From NCBI GenBank assembly GCA_044229845.1, contig JBGASG010000011.1, forward strand, positions 64,001-128,000: 64,000 nucleotides of DNA, read 5' to 3'. Origin of the DNA: Candidatus Obscuribacteraceae bacterium. GTDB lineage: Bacteria > Cyanobacteriota > Vampirovibrionia > Obscuribacterales > Obscuribacteraceae. Position 1 is the stretch's first letter, and each line of letters starts with the position of its first letter. Shown here piece by piece: positions 10,423-20,281 of this stretch. Below the pieces are notes generated by a model. It saw only the letters and a program-made list of their open reading frames with translations, had not been told where the DNA came from and ran no database searches. The translations under genes and the position numbers were made by a program.

Positions 10423-10631
10423 GTTCAACATTATCACTTCTGATTCCGACCAGACTTTCCACTCAAGGGAAGGTCTGGTTAGCGTACCGATAACAGCTTG
10501 GTGCTATTAGCAGTACACGATACCCGTCATCCCTGTTGCCGACCGCCTGAGTGATACGCCGCGGCCGCGTTTATCGACACTATAAGCAACCATTACCATG
10601 TTCGCAGTGAGAGCCTGACTGGAGGACGCAG

Positions 10632-11333
10632 TTGTTTCCCGAATGTGAAATTCACGTACTTAGTAATGACCCATCTCAAATACGCGACTTAGTTTGTCGA
10701 CAAATGAAGAGCGATGGATTCAGAGTGGCTCGAGAGCCTGACGGCAAATTGCGCTTCGACAAAGGCCGCCTCGGCTGGTTCGGTGGACCGCTGGCGTACG
10801 GTGCTGCATTCCTGTTGGTTGCGGGTTTGATCTTTAACTATCTATGCGGCTTCTCCGGTACCATCACTGGCAGCACAGGCACCAGTGTCAACATTCCACC
10901 CGGCACTCTTTATATAGGTACGACCTGGCGGGGACCGCGGGCCGATGCCAGCGGAGACAGCTGGCAAGCCCAGCTGCAGGTGGTCAAAGACAACAAAGTT
11001 ATTGCCTCCGGAATCGCCGCGCACCATGAACCACTGTCGTTGTTCGGAGTCGATTACTCTAACTTTTCCTGGCGCCCTGCCGAGGCGAGACATAACAACA
11101 GCCAGGGATCGTCGCCGGTAATCTTTCATGCGGATTATTCGCACAACCCTGGTCTTCCCTTAATTGCTACTGCACTATCGCTAGGGCTGATCGGTACAGT
11201 GTTAATGCTCATACCGAGAGCGCGAGTGTGGTGCCAGGTTTATCCGTCGCGCATTGCTATTCGCTGGGAACCTACAGCGCCACCATCAGTCTGGCAACTG
11301 GCAACCATTCGCGATTTGTTGGGGCACGGTTGA
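10632..11333 (+). CDS. Short ResB/Ccs1-like (cytochrome c biogenesis) membrane protein
   Basis: DKGRLGWFG-TM-GFSG and NPGLPL-TM-RVW segments resemble ResB; GGAGG RBS before TTG. Confidence 0.55.
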   Translation: MFPECEIHVLSNDPSQIRDLVCRQMKSDGFRVAREPDGKLRFDKGRLGWFGGPLAYGAAFLLVAGLIFNYLCGFSGTITGSTGTSVNIPPGTLYIGTTWRGPRADASGDSWQAQLQVVKDNKVIASGIAAHHEPLSLFGVDYSNFSWRPAEARHNNSQGSSPVIFHADYSHNPGLPLIATALSLGLIGTVLMLIPRARVWCQVYPSRIAIRWEPTAPPSVWQLATIRDLLGHG

Positions 11334-11395
11334 GCGATCGAGTGCACCAGATATCACAATGAAAGTCACATCACCGGTCTGATAACCAATGGGTA

Positions 11396-11411
11396 TCGTT
11401 CTCTGGGACGA
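11396..11411. promoter_or_regulatory. Palindromic operator candidate TCGTTC-TCTG-GGACGA
   Basis: Variant of the recurring motif, about 70 bp upstream of the radical SAM gene. Confidence 0.45.
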
Positions 11412-11483
11412 TCCAAACAATCGTCGATTCAGAGATTATGATCCCGGCGAGAAGATTTTCAGGCTCTTGCCGCAGGGGGTTGG

Positions 11484-13172
11484 TTGAGCGTTCTTTTGAC
11501 GTCAGTATTCGGACCGTATGGCGTTGATGACGAATATGGCTGCCGACTGAACGTGATGGAGTTGTTCCACAACCAGGTCACTCGGGAGCAGGGCATATTT
11601 TCGCTGCGCATGAATCACCCCAGTTTCGGGCTCTATATGATCGCCGAGAATCTGAAGTCGCCGGCGGTAGTTCTGGATTTTCCGCTCTTGGAGCGCTTTG
11701 TCGCGGAAGTTAAGCGGGGCTATGAATACATAGGCATCTCGTCGATTGTTGCTAATCTGTGCAAAGTCCAGAAGATGACTGCGCTGATTCGAAAGCATAG
11801 TCCCAAATCCAAAATTGTTGTCGGCGGGCATATTACGGCTATCCGCGACCTGAGCCAACTGGTAGATTGCGACTTCATTTGCAAAGGCGAAGGCGTCTCG
11901 TGGTTCCGTGAATTGTTGGGTGAATCGCCTGAAGATCCGATTCGGCATCCCGCGATACTGTCAACCTTGAATCGCCGGGTAATGGGCGTGCCGTTGCCCG
12001 GTACCGCCGCAGTGCTGATACCAGGTTTGGGTTGTGTCAATGCCTGCTCATTTTGCGCTACTTCGCATCATTTTCAAAAGAAGTACATCGGCTATCTGAA
12101 CACCGGTCAAGAATTGTTCCACACCATGCAAGATATAGAGCGCAAGATTGGTTGTCGCGAGTTCTTCGTCATGGACGAGAACTTCCTGAAGCATCGCACA
12201 CGCGCAGAACAACTGCTCGAAGAACTTATGAAGCACGACAAGTTTTACTCACTGGGCGTGTTTTCTTCAGCCGAGACGATCAATGCCATCGGTGTGGAGT
12301 TTATGGCCAAACTTGGAATAGATTTCGTTTGGATCGGTGTGGAGTCGAAAGCCTCAGTCTTTGCCAAGACGAAGGGCGTCGACTTGAAGGAGACGATCAG
12401 GCAACTGCGAGGATATGGTATTCAAGTCCTGGGTTCGGCAATCCTGTTTTTAGATCACCATACCAGAGAAGGGATGCAGGAAGACATCGATTTCACTTTG
12501 GATCTGGAATCCGACTTTGTGCAGTTCATGGAACTCGGTCCTTTGCCGGGAACCGCGCTCTACGCCGAGTACGAGGAGCAATGTCGCATTCTAAACGACG
12601 TACCCTACAAAGAATGGCACGGGCAGGACAAGATATGGTTCAAGCATCCCCATTTCACACGCGCTGAAACGTCAGTTTACTTGAAAGATGCATTCGAGCA
12701 AGATTACAAACGCCAGGGTCCATCTCTGCTCAGACTGGCAGACACTTCATTGCGCGGATATCGTACGGCCAGCCGGCATGGCGATCCTCGAATTCGCGGG
12801 TTATTGCCGCGTCTGCTCGAGCGATGCAGAACTCTGCGCATCGTGCTGCCGGTCGCCCTGAAGTTCGCAGAGAATGAAAGAACAACGGAGCTGGCGATCA
12901 GCCTTATGTCAGAGTACGACAAAGAATTTGGTGCTACTCCCATCACCACCAGGCTCTCTACTCATCTAATGAAAGGTTTTGCCGAGAAGGAATTGCGTCG
13001 CCTGCGCTCAGGGTATATGCAACAACCGCCTCTGTGCTATCGGCAGTTTAGGATGCCCGTCATCCCTGTGGCGGACCGACTGAAGTCCGCAATTGGAGCA
13101 GCGTGGAAGAATCTCTTTCAGGGCAAAGATGAAAGGCAAGTCGGAGATTGCCATCCTCACTTGCCGGACTGA
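11484..13172 (+). CDS. Cobalamin-binding radical SAM protein
   Basis: IGISS...VVGGH...GEG B12-binding region, CVNACSFC, DENF, IGVES, PLPGTALY. Confidence 0.88.
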   Translation: MSVLLTSVFGPYGVDDEYGCRLNVMELFHNQVTREQGIFSLRMNHPSFGLYMIAENLKSPAVVLDFPLLERFVAEVKRGYEYIGISSIVANLCKVQKMTALIRKHSPKSKIVVGGHITAIRDLSQLVDCDFICKGEGVSWFRELLGESPEDPIRHPAILSTLNRRVMGVPLPGTAAVLIPGLGCVNACSFCATSHHFQKKYIGYLNTGQELFHTMQDIERKIGCREFFVMDENFLKHRTRAEQLLEELMKHDKFYSLGVFSSAETINAIGVEFMAKLGIDFVWIGVESKASVFAKTKGVDLKETIRQLRGYGIQVLGSAILFLDHHTREGMQEDIDFTLDLESDFVQFMELGPLPGTALYAEYEEQCRILNDVPYKEWHGQDKIWFKHPHFTRAETSVYLKDAFEQDYKRQGPSLLRLADTSLRGYRTASRHGDPRIRGLLPRLLERCRTLRIVLPVALKFAENERTTELAISLMSEYDKEFGATPITTRLSTHLMKGFAEKELRRLRSGYMQQPPLCYRQFRMPVIPVADRLKSAIGAAWKNLFQGKDERQVGDCHPHLPD

Positions 13173-14011
13173 ATCACACAAATGGCCGTCGGACATTTCA
13201 CACGCAACGCGAGGGATTCATAAACCCTGAACCTGTAGTTCATGTCCGATGGTCCCAGATATGCAATTTGAAGGTCTTCGGCAACAGCAATGTCGAAATT
13301 CTGGACGCCTGTCGATACGAGTGCCGCAGTGCCGGCAGGTATTTGTGGGCTCCACATGATGCCGTCTTCGACAAGCTTGCCCAACTGTTCAAGCTCAAGT
13401 GCCGGCGACTCTTTAACTGGTTTGATTAGCGCTTCGTACATATCGACAGAAGTTACCAGCGCGTAGGGGAAGTGGTGCTTTTCTTCCAGAAGCCTGCTGA
13501 TGGCAGCATAGACATCTCTGGCCGGAGCGCCGGCAGTTTTCCAATCGCTCTTTTCGACCCGCAGAGTGCCTGGATAGTTGAGCAATCCGTGCAGGCCGAG
13601 TTCCTGATTTCCGTTAAAGATCAGATTATCTTCGGCATCGCCAACCTGATGCGCAGCCCGCACTGCGTTGGTCAAATCTAGAGGCGCATGCATCTCTTTG
13701 CTCCACTGGACATCTCGCCAATGAAGCAGAAAGTCCTTATATACAATGGGTACACGAATGTAGGTCTGCTGCTCGTGAGTCCTAATTGGCTTGGAGTCGG
13801 GCTTTCCCTCGAGATCGATCTCGGCAGGACCTTCTTCCTCAATCTTCTCCAGAGGCACGCTTTCCACTCCTGCGCCCAGCGGACCATACAACGAGATGAT
13901 GCGGCGGCCAACAACTGTCCTGCGCACCTCCTGGACCGCAGCTTGCATCATCTGAGTTGCCTGCTCTTCGCCCAGCGGCAGTTCAACTACCTTCTGATAC
14001 GATTGCCACAC
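13157..14011 (-). CDS. Family 1 encapsulin shell protein (Linocin M18-like)
   Basis: VGRRIISLYGPLGAG, AEDNLIFNG...GLL, FDIAVAEDLQIAYLG, FRVYESLALRVK; GTG with AAGGAGG RBS. Confidence 0.9.
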   Translation of the reverse strand: MWQSYQKVVELPLGEEQATQMMQAAVQEVRRTVVGRRIISLYGPLGAGVESVPLEKIEEEGPAEIDLEGKPDSKPIRTHEQQTYIRVPIVYKDFLLHWRDVQWSKEMHAPLDLTNAVRAAHQVGDAEDNLIFNGNQELGLHGLLNYPGTLRVEKSDWKTAGAPARDVYAAISRLLEEKHHFPYALVTSVDMYEALIKPVKESPALELEQLGKLVEDGIMWSPQIPAGTAALVSTGVQNFDIAVAEDLQIAYLGPSDMNYRFRVYESLALRVKCPTAICVIQSGK

Positions 14012-14402
14012 GCTGACCTCCTTTCGGCCACAAAGGGCCTACAGTCCACTGCCTACCCGTTTTTTCTGAAGATAGTTCTGTCGCCCAAATTTCGTGTTCT
14101 TCAATAAAATGATCTAACAGCTCTCGTATAAGAGCCTGTGACATAGCAGCATCTTCCTCAATCATTCTGCGAAGAAAGAAGCTGTGATCAATGGCCTTTC
14201 GAATTAGAATCGAAGGATTGTCACCCCCCATGTCCGTCAGCGCCGCGGCGGTCTCCTCTTCCTCCATCAGGATGTGATGTTTCAACCTGGTCACCAAGTC
14301 TTCAGGAGTTGACGGCTCATCAAGCAACTGCAAAAGCGTGCGCGCGTGGTCGTCAATGTTATGCAAAAGCTGAGGTAGAGTCACGACTTTCCGGGGACGC
14401 AT
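13983..14402 (-). CDS. Putative encapsulin cargo, hemerythrin-like, with cargo-loading peptide
   Basis: H, HILMEE, H, HFIEEH pattern; C-terminal WTVGPL resembles LTVGSL; overlaps the encapsulin start. Confidence 0.72.
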   Translation of the reverse strand: MRPRKVVTLPQLLHNIDDHARTLLQLLDEPSTPEDLVTRLKHHILMEEEETAAALTDMGGDNPSILIRKAIDHSFFLRRMIEEDAAMSQALIRELLDHFIEEHEIWATELSSEKTGRQWTVGPLWPKGGQRVAIVSEGS

Positions 14403-14415
14403 TTAGTATTGCTCT

Positions 14416-15786
14416 TCATTCAAGTAGTTGATCGACGTGCGTACGTTGTCCAAACGTCAAAAGCATGTTCACGACAAATACTAAGACAGCCGACAGTTCG
14501 ATCACTGCCGATACAGGGAGCAGCCGCCAGGCGGCTCCGAGAAAACCTTCGTAAGCGGCAACCTGGGAGAAGACACGCAACGCACAGCCGCCGGTGAGAA
14601 GAAGTAAGGCCGCAAACATCAGTTTGCTGCTGAAAATGTAAGTTCGCCCCAGAAATGAGGGGAGCACACGTGGACCGACAGCAAATACGAGGGTTGACAT
14701 GAAACCGACAGTGACGGCGTGTCGCGAAGCACCGGCAAAACCGGCGGCATCACCGAAGACTGCGGACAGAAGTCCGAGCAACGCTGATACTGCCAACCAG
14801 ACGTAGGCGAGGCGCACAAAAAGAGGAAACGTGCTGTGAACTCCGGTGATTTTTGCCGCCGCTACCGGCGGGTGGAATAACTTAAGAGAGGCTATTGCCA
14901 CAAGGACCGAAATAACGATACCTACCGCCGAAACTAGATGTGCTCCGGAGGCAAACGCTACGGCAGAAAAGAAGTTTAAAGTGGTGGCAGCTAACAATCC
15001 TTTGCCAGAGCATTGGCGCAACCCGAGAAACGCAGGCATCCACTTAGCAGTCAGTCCCCAGGCCACCGGCAATATAAAAGTCCAAACTGCAAAAGTGACA
15101 ACGGTCAGCCTTTCGGCAGCAGACATCGCCGGCAACTGAGCTGTCCAAGCCGCGCAGAATGCCTGCCAGAGATTGATAGTGGTTGCGCACAAAAGCCCTA
15201 CAGAACCGATAACCACAGCCAACGCGGCACTATCCACTGCGCGATTAGTGTGCTTCTGCGCTCGGTGTCCTCTAATCGAGCTGCCGATGAAACACACAAC
15301 TGCCGATAGTTCGAGCACCGCCGACAGTGGCAACAATACTTGCCACATGAAAGGACACAAAGTTACGCCGAAGCGTAGTGATACTCCCATCGTCCAGAGA
15401 ACGAGTATCGTCCAACCGTCGAAGAAGCGAGCATCAGCTAGTTTACGCAGGTTGGGAAGAGAGTAATACCCGATACCGAGAATAAATGTGGTGATCCAGC
15501 CAAAGAGCTGTGCATGCCCATGAGCTTCTACCCAGGCAGCCGAAGCTGCTGAGCTCGACTGACTGTGACTGATGCCCAGAAGGTTCCATACTCCGACCAG
15601 GGTTCCTGGAACCAGCATAAAGAAGAGCCCGGTGCCAACATACGACATGAGCAACAAAATCAAATGTTTTTCGCGCAACAGGAACTCCGGCGCGGAGTTG
15701 AGGTGCGATCGGCATTTCTTTGCAGGCAAGCTATGTTGCATTCTAGCGCCATCCGTAAGATATCGAGACACTTTAAAATATCCCAC
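14416..15786 (-). CDS. NnrS-like membrane protein
   Basis: AHGHAQLFGW and RHAVTVG motifs, about 12 hydrophobic segments; start uncertain. Confidence 0.75.
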   Translation of the reverse strand: MGYFKVSRYLTDGARMQHSLPAKKCRSHLNSAPEFLLREKHLILLLMSYVGTGLFFMLVPGTLVGVWNLLGISHSQSSSAASAAWVEAHGHAQLFGWITTFILGIGYYSLPNLRKLADARFFDGWTILVLWTMGVSLRFGVTLCPFMWQVLLPLSAVLELSAVVCFIGSSIRGHRAQKHTNRAVDSAALAVVIGSVGLLCATTINLWQAFCAAWTAQLPAMSAAERLTVVTFAVWTFILPVAWGLTAKWMPAFLGLRQCSGKGLLAATTLNFFSAVAFASGAHLVSAVGIVISVLVAIASLKLFHPPVAAAKITGVHSTFPLFVRLAYVWLAVSALLGLLSAVFGDAAGFAGASRHAVTVGFMSTLVFAVGPRVLPSFLGRTYIFSSKLMFAALLLLTGGCALRVFSQVAAYEGFLGAAWRLLPVSAVIELSAVLVFVVNMLLTFGQRTHVDQLLE

Positions 15787-15846
15787 GTTATTGCCTTATT
15801 TGTGTCCATCCTGCGATGGATCGACGTCTGCCGCAGGCGGTTTCGC

Positions 15847-15862
15847 TCATCCTAAAGGATGA
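15847..15862. promoter_or_regulatory. Palindromic operator candidate TCATCC-TAAA-GGATGA
   Basis: Perfect match upstream of the NnrS-like/cargo/encapsulin operon. Confidence 0.65.
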
Positions 15863-15906
15863 GCGGATCTGACAGACAGGCGAGCACCGCCCCACAACAG
15901 CGCGCC

Positions 15907-16644
15907 TTAGCGATTTCGTCTGACATCACACAGTGTATCTGTCATGGCTTGCCTCACGTGTTCGCGAAGCACGCGGAAGTCTCCTCCATAACTTTCGGGA
16001 TGAACAGGCGGCAAAACCTTTACGGTGATTTTCTGACGGAAGTTGATGCGTTTCGACTGTTTCGAAAAGATCTCATACGTACCATCTACAACTATTGGTA
16101 CGACTGCGACGTTGCAATCAACTGCAAGCTTGAACGGGCCATCACGAAAGCTACCCAGCTCACTGGTCTCAGATCGCGTCCCTTCAGGAAAAATCAAGAT
16201 AGAGGCGCCCCGTCGCAGCCACTGCCGGCAGGACTCCATCATCTGCTTGATACTTTTCAGGTCTCCGCGCGCTATTCGAACATATTGATTGAGCAACATG
16301 TTCCATCCGATAAACGGAATGCGCATCACCGATTCTTTCGAAACCCACTTGAAAGGTTTGAAAATACCGTAAAGAACAAAGATATCCCAGAGAGATTGAT
16401 GATTGGCGACCAGTATGTAAGGGCTCTTGCGCGTATCGATATTGTCCACGCCCTCGAAGGTGCACCGCCAAAAAGGATTGATCCAGATGTAGTGATGTCC
16501 CCACAAGCTGGCCCACATATGAAGGAGTTTGCGATTGCGATCAAACCAGCAAGTGAGCACGCAGATGATTGCTGCGCCCACCACAAAGAATGCCGATGAC
16601 AGGAAAAAGTAGACGGCATAGATATAACTGAGCAATTTGTCCAT
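15907..16644 (-). CDS. plsC: 1-acyl-sn-glycerol-3-phosphate acyltransferase family protein
   Basis: NHQSLWD (HX4D) and IFPEGTRS motifs. Confidence 0.88.
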   Translation of the reverse strand: MDKLLSYIYAVYFFLSSAFFVVGAAIICVLTCWFDRNRKLLHMWASLWGHHYIWINPFWRCTFEGVDNIDTRKSPYILVANHQSLWDIFVLYGIFKPFKWVSKESVMRIPFIGWNMLLNQYVRIARGDLKSIKQMMESCRQWLRRGASILIFPEGTRSETSELGSFRDGPFKLAVDCNVAVVPIVVDGTYEIFSKQSKRINFRQKITVKVLPPVHPESYGGDFRVLREHVRQAMTDTLCDVRRNR

Positions 16645-16817
16645 TGCGTAAGCCTTTTGTATGTATCGATCGGTTGCGACGATTGGTTGGACGCAGCCCA
16701 ACGAAAATGTAAGCACTTTTTGTTGCGCAGTTTCTAGTCACCTTTCGGTAACCATTTGTGCGCATGGGGAAAAGCAGGTTACTATGCTGGCGCAAACAGC
16801 GAGGGATAGGTAAAAGA

Positions 16818-18308
16818 ATGCAAGACAATTCGCAGCATCCTGTAGTTATCCAGGGCGGTATGGGAGTTGCAGTTTCAAACTGGCGTCTGGCGAAGGCCGT
16901 TTCGGAATGCGGACAGCTGGGAGTGGTATCAGGAACGTTTTTAGACAATGTGATGGCGAGACGGTTGCAGGATGGCGACCCAGATGGAGCGGTGCGTCGT
17001 GCTCTGGAGCACTTCCCGGTCCAAGCAGTGGCAAATAGGATTCTGGAACTCTATTTCATAGATGGTGGCAAGGCGGAGTCGACACAGTACAAACGTGTTC
17101 CGATGCATGGCATGAACGCGCCACAAAACCTGATCGATCTCACTGTGGCGGCCAATTTTGTAGAAGTGTTTCTGGCTAAAGAAGGACACGACGGACTGGT
17201 GGGCATTAACTATCTGACCAAGATCGACTTGCCCACTTTGCCCTCCCTTTACGGTGCCATGCTGGCGGGCGTGGATTATGTCTTGATGGGAGCCGGCATA
17301 CCGAAGGCGATTCCGGCAATTCTCGATCGGCTGAGTGTGCACGAGGCAGTTACTCTAAAGGTAGATGTCGAGGGTGCTGCCGCCGGTGACATGCACGAAT
17401 TGTCTTTCGAGCCATCTGCCTACTGTGTGGATCGCTCTCGGCATTTGCGGCGCCCGACATTCCTGGCTATCGTTTCATCCTTTACGCTCGCCCTTTCGCT
17501 GACGAAAAAGGCCAGTGGCAAGGTAGATGGCTTTGTTATAGAACATCATTCAGCCGGCGGACACAATGCTCCACCTCGCGGCGGCATCACAGTCGACGAG
17601 CGCGGTGAGCCTGTTTATGGTCCTAAAGACGAAGTTGATCTGTCCGAATTCCGGAAGCTAGGTTTGCCGTTCTGGGCTGCCGGTTCATCCGCTTCTTATG
17701 AGCAACTGCAAGCGGCGCGAGAAGCCGGGGCACAGGGGGTGCAGGTAGGTACGGCATTTGCTTACTGTCGAGAATCAGGAATTACAGATAAGCTGAAAGC
17801 GCAGGTAATAGCCGACGTTCTTGAGGGCACTGCAGAAGTCTTCACAGACCCGCGTGCTTCATCGTCCGGCTATCCCTTCAAAATTGTTCAACTCGACGGC
17901 TCGTTGTCAGAGGACTCAGTGTACACAAACCGGCGCCGCATCTGCGATCTGGGATATCTGCGCACTGCCTACATAGCCGAGAACGGGACGGTCGGATTCC
18001 GTTGTCCCGGCGAACCCATCGACGATTTTTTGAGGAAGGGCGGACAGCTCAAAGACACCATCGGCAGAAAGTGCCTGTGCAATGGTTTGATGTCGACAGT
18101 CGGACTACCTCAGGTGCAAACGAATGCTTACGAGGAGCCTCCCCTGGTGACCGCCGGCGATACACTTGCTTCGATCAAGAGCTTCATACCCGCCGGTGCC
18201 ACTACTTACTGCGCCCGCGATGTGCTGGAAAATCTCCTCGGTTCTTCAGAAGTCTCGGCACCGGTCCGAAGTGGACATCAGGCTGCTGTAAGCACCGCAG
18301 CCGGCTAA
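16818..18308 (+). CDS. Nitronate monooxygenase / 2-nitropropane dioxygenase family flavoprotein
   Basis: IQGGMGVAVS, MGAGIP, AGGHNAPPRG, GVQVGTAF. Confidence 0.85.
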   Translation: MQDNSQHPVVIQGGMGVAVSNWRLAKAVSECGQLGVVSGTFLDNVMARRLQDGDPDGAVRRALEHFPVQAVANRILELYFIDGGKAESTQYKRVPMHGMNAPQNLIDLTVAANFVEVFLAKEGHDGLVGINYLTKIDLPTLPSLYGAMLAGVDYVLMGAGIPKAIPAILDRLSVHEAVTLKVDVEGAAAGDMHELSFEPSAYCVDRSRHLRRPTFLAIVSSFTLALSLTKKASGKVDGFVIEHHSAGGHNAPPRGGITVDERGEPVYGPKDEVDLSEFRKLGLPFWAAGSSASYEQLQAAREAGAQGVQVGTAFAYCRESGITDKLKAQVIADVLEGTAEVFTDPRASSSGYPFKIVQLDGSLSEDSVYTNRRRICDLGYLRTAYIAENGTVGFRCPGEPIDDFLRKGGQLKDTIGRKCLCNGLMSTVGLPQVQTNAYEEPPLVTAGDTLASIKSFIPAGATTYCARDVLENLLGSSEVSAPVRSGHQAAVSTAAG

Positions 18309-18400
18309 GCTCAGCTTTGTGGAAGGCATAAATACCTCCTTAGGTGGAGGCAAGGCGAGCTGAAAAACGCAAAAATGGACATTACGCCGAAGAAGGCTTG

Positions 18401-19813
18401 ATGTTTGTGAGCACCGTGTTGTTTCAGCAGATTACAATTGGGAAAAGTCCTGATGAGAGCGTGGACCGCTGGTCACCGCCTGTAGTTGTGGTTACAGCAT
18501 TGCTGGTGGCCTTTGCCCTCTTCCTCTCGCTGGAAATCATTGAGCAGAGTTTGTTCGCTGAGCTCACGAGAAACCAGCTGCGAGCTTTTCACTTCCTGCG
18601 TGGATTTATAGCCACCGCCGGTGGCATGTTTTTCACATGGATGATAATGCGGAGAAAGGAAGCCCAGCTGGTTGCGCTGCGCAATAGTGTTGAACAGACG
18701 CTGTCGATCAGAACGGCGGAGCTGAATGAAGTCCTGCATTCGCAAGAGCAACAGCGCATGAAGCTGGATGCCATTCTGGCATCTATGGCAGAAGCGCTCA
18801 TTGAAGTAAACAAAGAAGGACTGATCCAATCAGTCAACGACGAGTTCGAGCGCAAACTCGGAATTGAACGAAAGGATGTAATTGGTCGGACAGCGTCCGA
18901 GTTCTTTCTCCAATTCGCTGCGTCGCCAAGTGAGACATCTCTTGCGCAAGCATCGCTCGAATGGAACAAACCCCGCACGGGCACAGCGACCTATGAGCGT
19001 CACTACGGACAGCGTCTGGTATTTCACTGGGCGTGCTCTCCTATACGAATCAATGCGCAAACAGTGGGAGCAGTAGTCACACTGGTCGATCTCACCGAGC
19101 GTTGCCGCCTGCAGGATGATTTGTCCTGCCAGAGAGAAGACTTTTTGGGCGTGATTAATCATCGGCTTCGTACACCCGTTTTGGCCAATATTCGTGCCAA
19201 CGTATTGTTGCTGGAAGATGCCTTCGGAGCTCTCAGTGACCAACAACGCCAGCTTGTAGAGGCTATGCGCGATAACAGCGAAGATATCGATCGACTCCTG
19301 ACCATGCTGGTAGATATCTATCGCTATAAGAATAATCACAAGCAGTTGCAGAAAGAAATACATTCGGCCAAGACTCTCATAGAGAATTCGCTGCGCCGTA
19401 TTCAAGCAAAGGTGCGGCAGCGGAACTTTACCCTTTCGGTAACTCTACCTGCGGATGACCTGCTAGTGGCAGTCGATGAGCAAGAGTTCCTGAAACTACT
19501 TGGACATTTAGCGGACAATGCAGCCAAACATGCTCGCTCCAAAATATCCATTTCGGCACACCTTGACGATGAGCAAGTGCACATCGTCGTTGAAGACGAT
19601 GGGGCGGGCATATCTGCGGAGGATATTCCGAGGTTGTTTAACCGTTTCTATCAAGTCTCAGCCAGCGGCAGCCATTCAGCGGTGACAGGTACGGGCCTTT
19701 GTCTGTGTGCTGAGATTGCCCGCGCTCACAACGGCAGGCTCTCGTGCAGCAGCGAGCCGAACCTTGGCACCCGTTTTACCGTGACGTTGAGAACAGCCGG
19801 CACAGGTGTCTGA
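18401..19813 (+). CDS. Membrane PAS-domain sensor histidine kinase (no response regulator seen in window)
   Basis: Two TM segments, PAS-like region, NHRLRTP H-box, DNAAKH, DDGAGI, GTGLCL; start may be 18344. Confidence 0.88.
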   Translation: MFVSTVLFQQITIGKSPDESVDRWSPPVVVVTALLVAFALFLSLEIIEQSLFAELTRNQLRAFHFLRGFIATAGGMFFTWMIMRRKEAQLVALRNSVEQTLSIRTAELNEVLHSQEQQRMKLDAILASMAEALIEVNKEGLIQSVNDEFERKLGIERKDVIGRTASEFFLQFAASPSETSLAQASLEWNKPRTGTATYERHYGQRLVFHWACSPIRINAQTVGAVVTLVDLTERCRLQDDLSCQREDFLGVINHRLRTPVLANIRANVLLLEDAFGALSDQQRQLVEAMRDNSEDIDRLLTMLVDIYRYKNNHKQLQKEIHSAKTLIENSLRRIQAKVRQRNFTLSVTLPADDLLVAVDEQEFLKLLGHLADNAAKHARSKISISAHLDDEQVHIVVEDDGAGISAEDIPRLFNRFYQVSASGSHSAVTGTGLCLCAEIARAHNGRLSCSSEPNLGTRFTVTLRTAGTGV

Positions 19814-19814
19814 G

Positions 19815-20144
19815 CTACTTGGTCTCAGACTCTTTCAGCACGTCATCCACCCAGGACAGCGTGGCCATCATAGCTGGGAAGCCAATGGTAGTGACGGACA
19901 GCAATACGCAATGGCGAATTTCGGCGGGCGTAACACCGGCTTCCAGGGCGCGCCGACAATGAGAATGGACAGCCCCTTCCATACGAGCACCAGATGCGAT
20001 ACCAAGCTTAACGAGGGCGCTGTCGCGCGCAGTTAACGGACCAGCGGCGCGCACGGACTTACCGAGTGCATCGTAGGCTGAAAAAACTTCAGGGTAATCG
20101 CGTTGAAATTGGAGGTAACGCCCCGGCAGCTTCAGCCCGCTCAT
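19815..20144 (-). CDS. Carboxymuconolactone decarboxylase (AhpD-like) family protein
   Basis: AGPL...LVKLGIA...AVHSHCRRALEAG...TTIGFP; GGAGG RBS. Confidence 0.85.
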   Translation of the reverse strand: MSGLKLPGRYLQFQRDYPEVFSAYDALGKSVRAAGPLTARDSALVKLGIASGARMEGAVHSHCRRALEAGVTPAEIRHCVLLSVTTIGFPAMMATLSWVDDVLKESETK

Positions 20145-20281
20145 GTCAATTTCCTCCGTCAATTCGTCCGTCCGGTGAATATACCACGACGGGGCGAACA
20201 CCGAGATCAGTCTCCGGACTGATGCCGAAAGACTGCCGATTGGCTACTGTTCTAATGTGAAAGCTAAGAGCTACAAATGTA

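Noticed and set aside
15844..15865. Terminator for plsC
   Set aside because: The 9-bp stem has no downstream U-tract on either strand and its core equals the recurring operator motif
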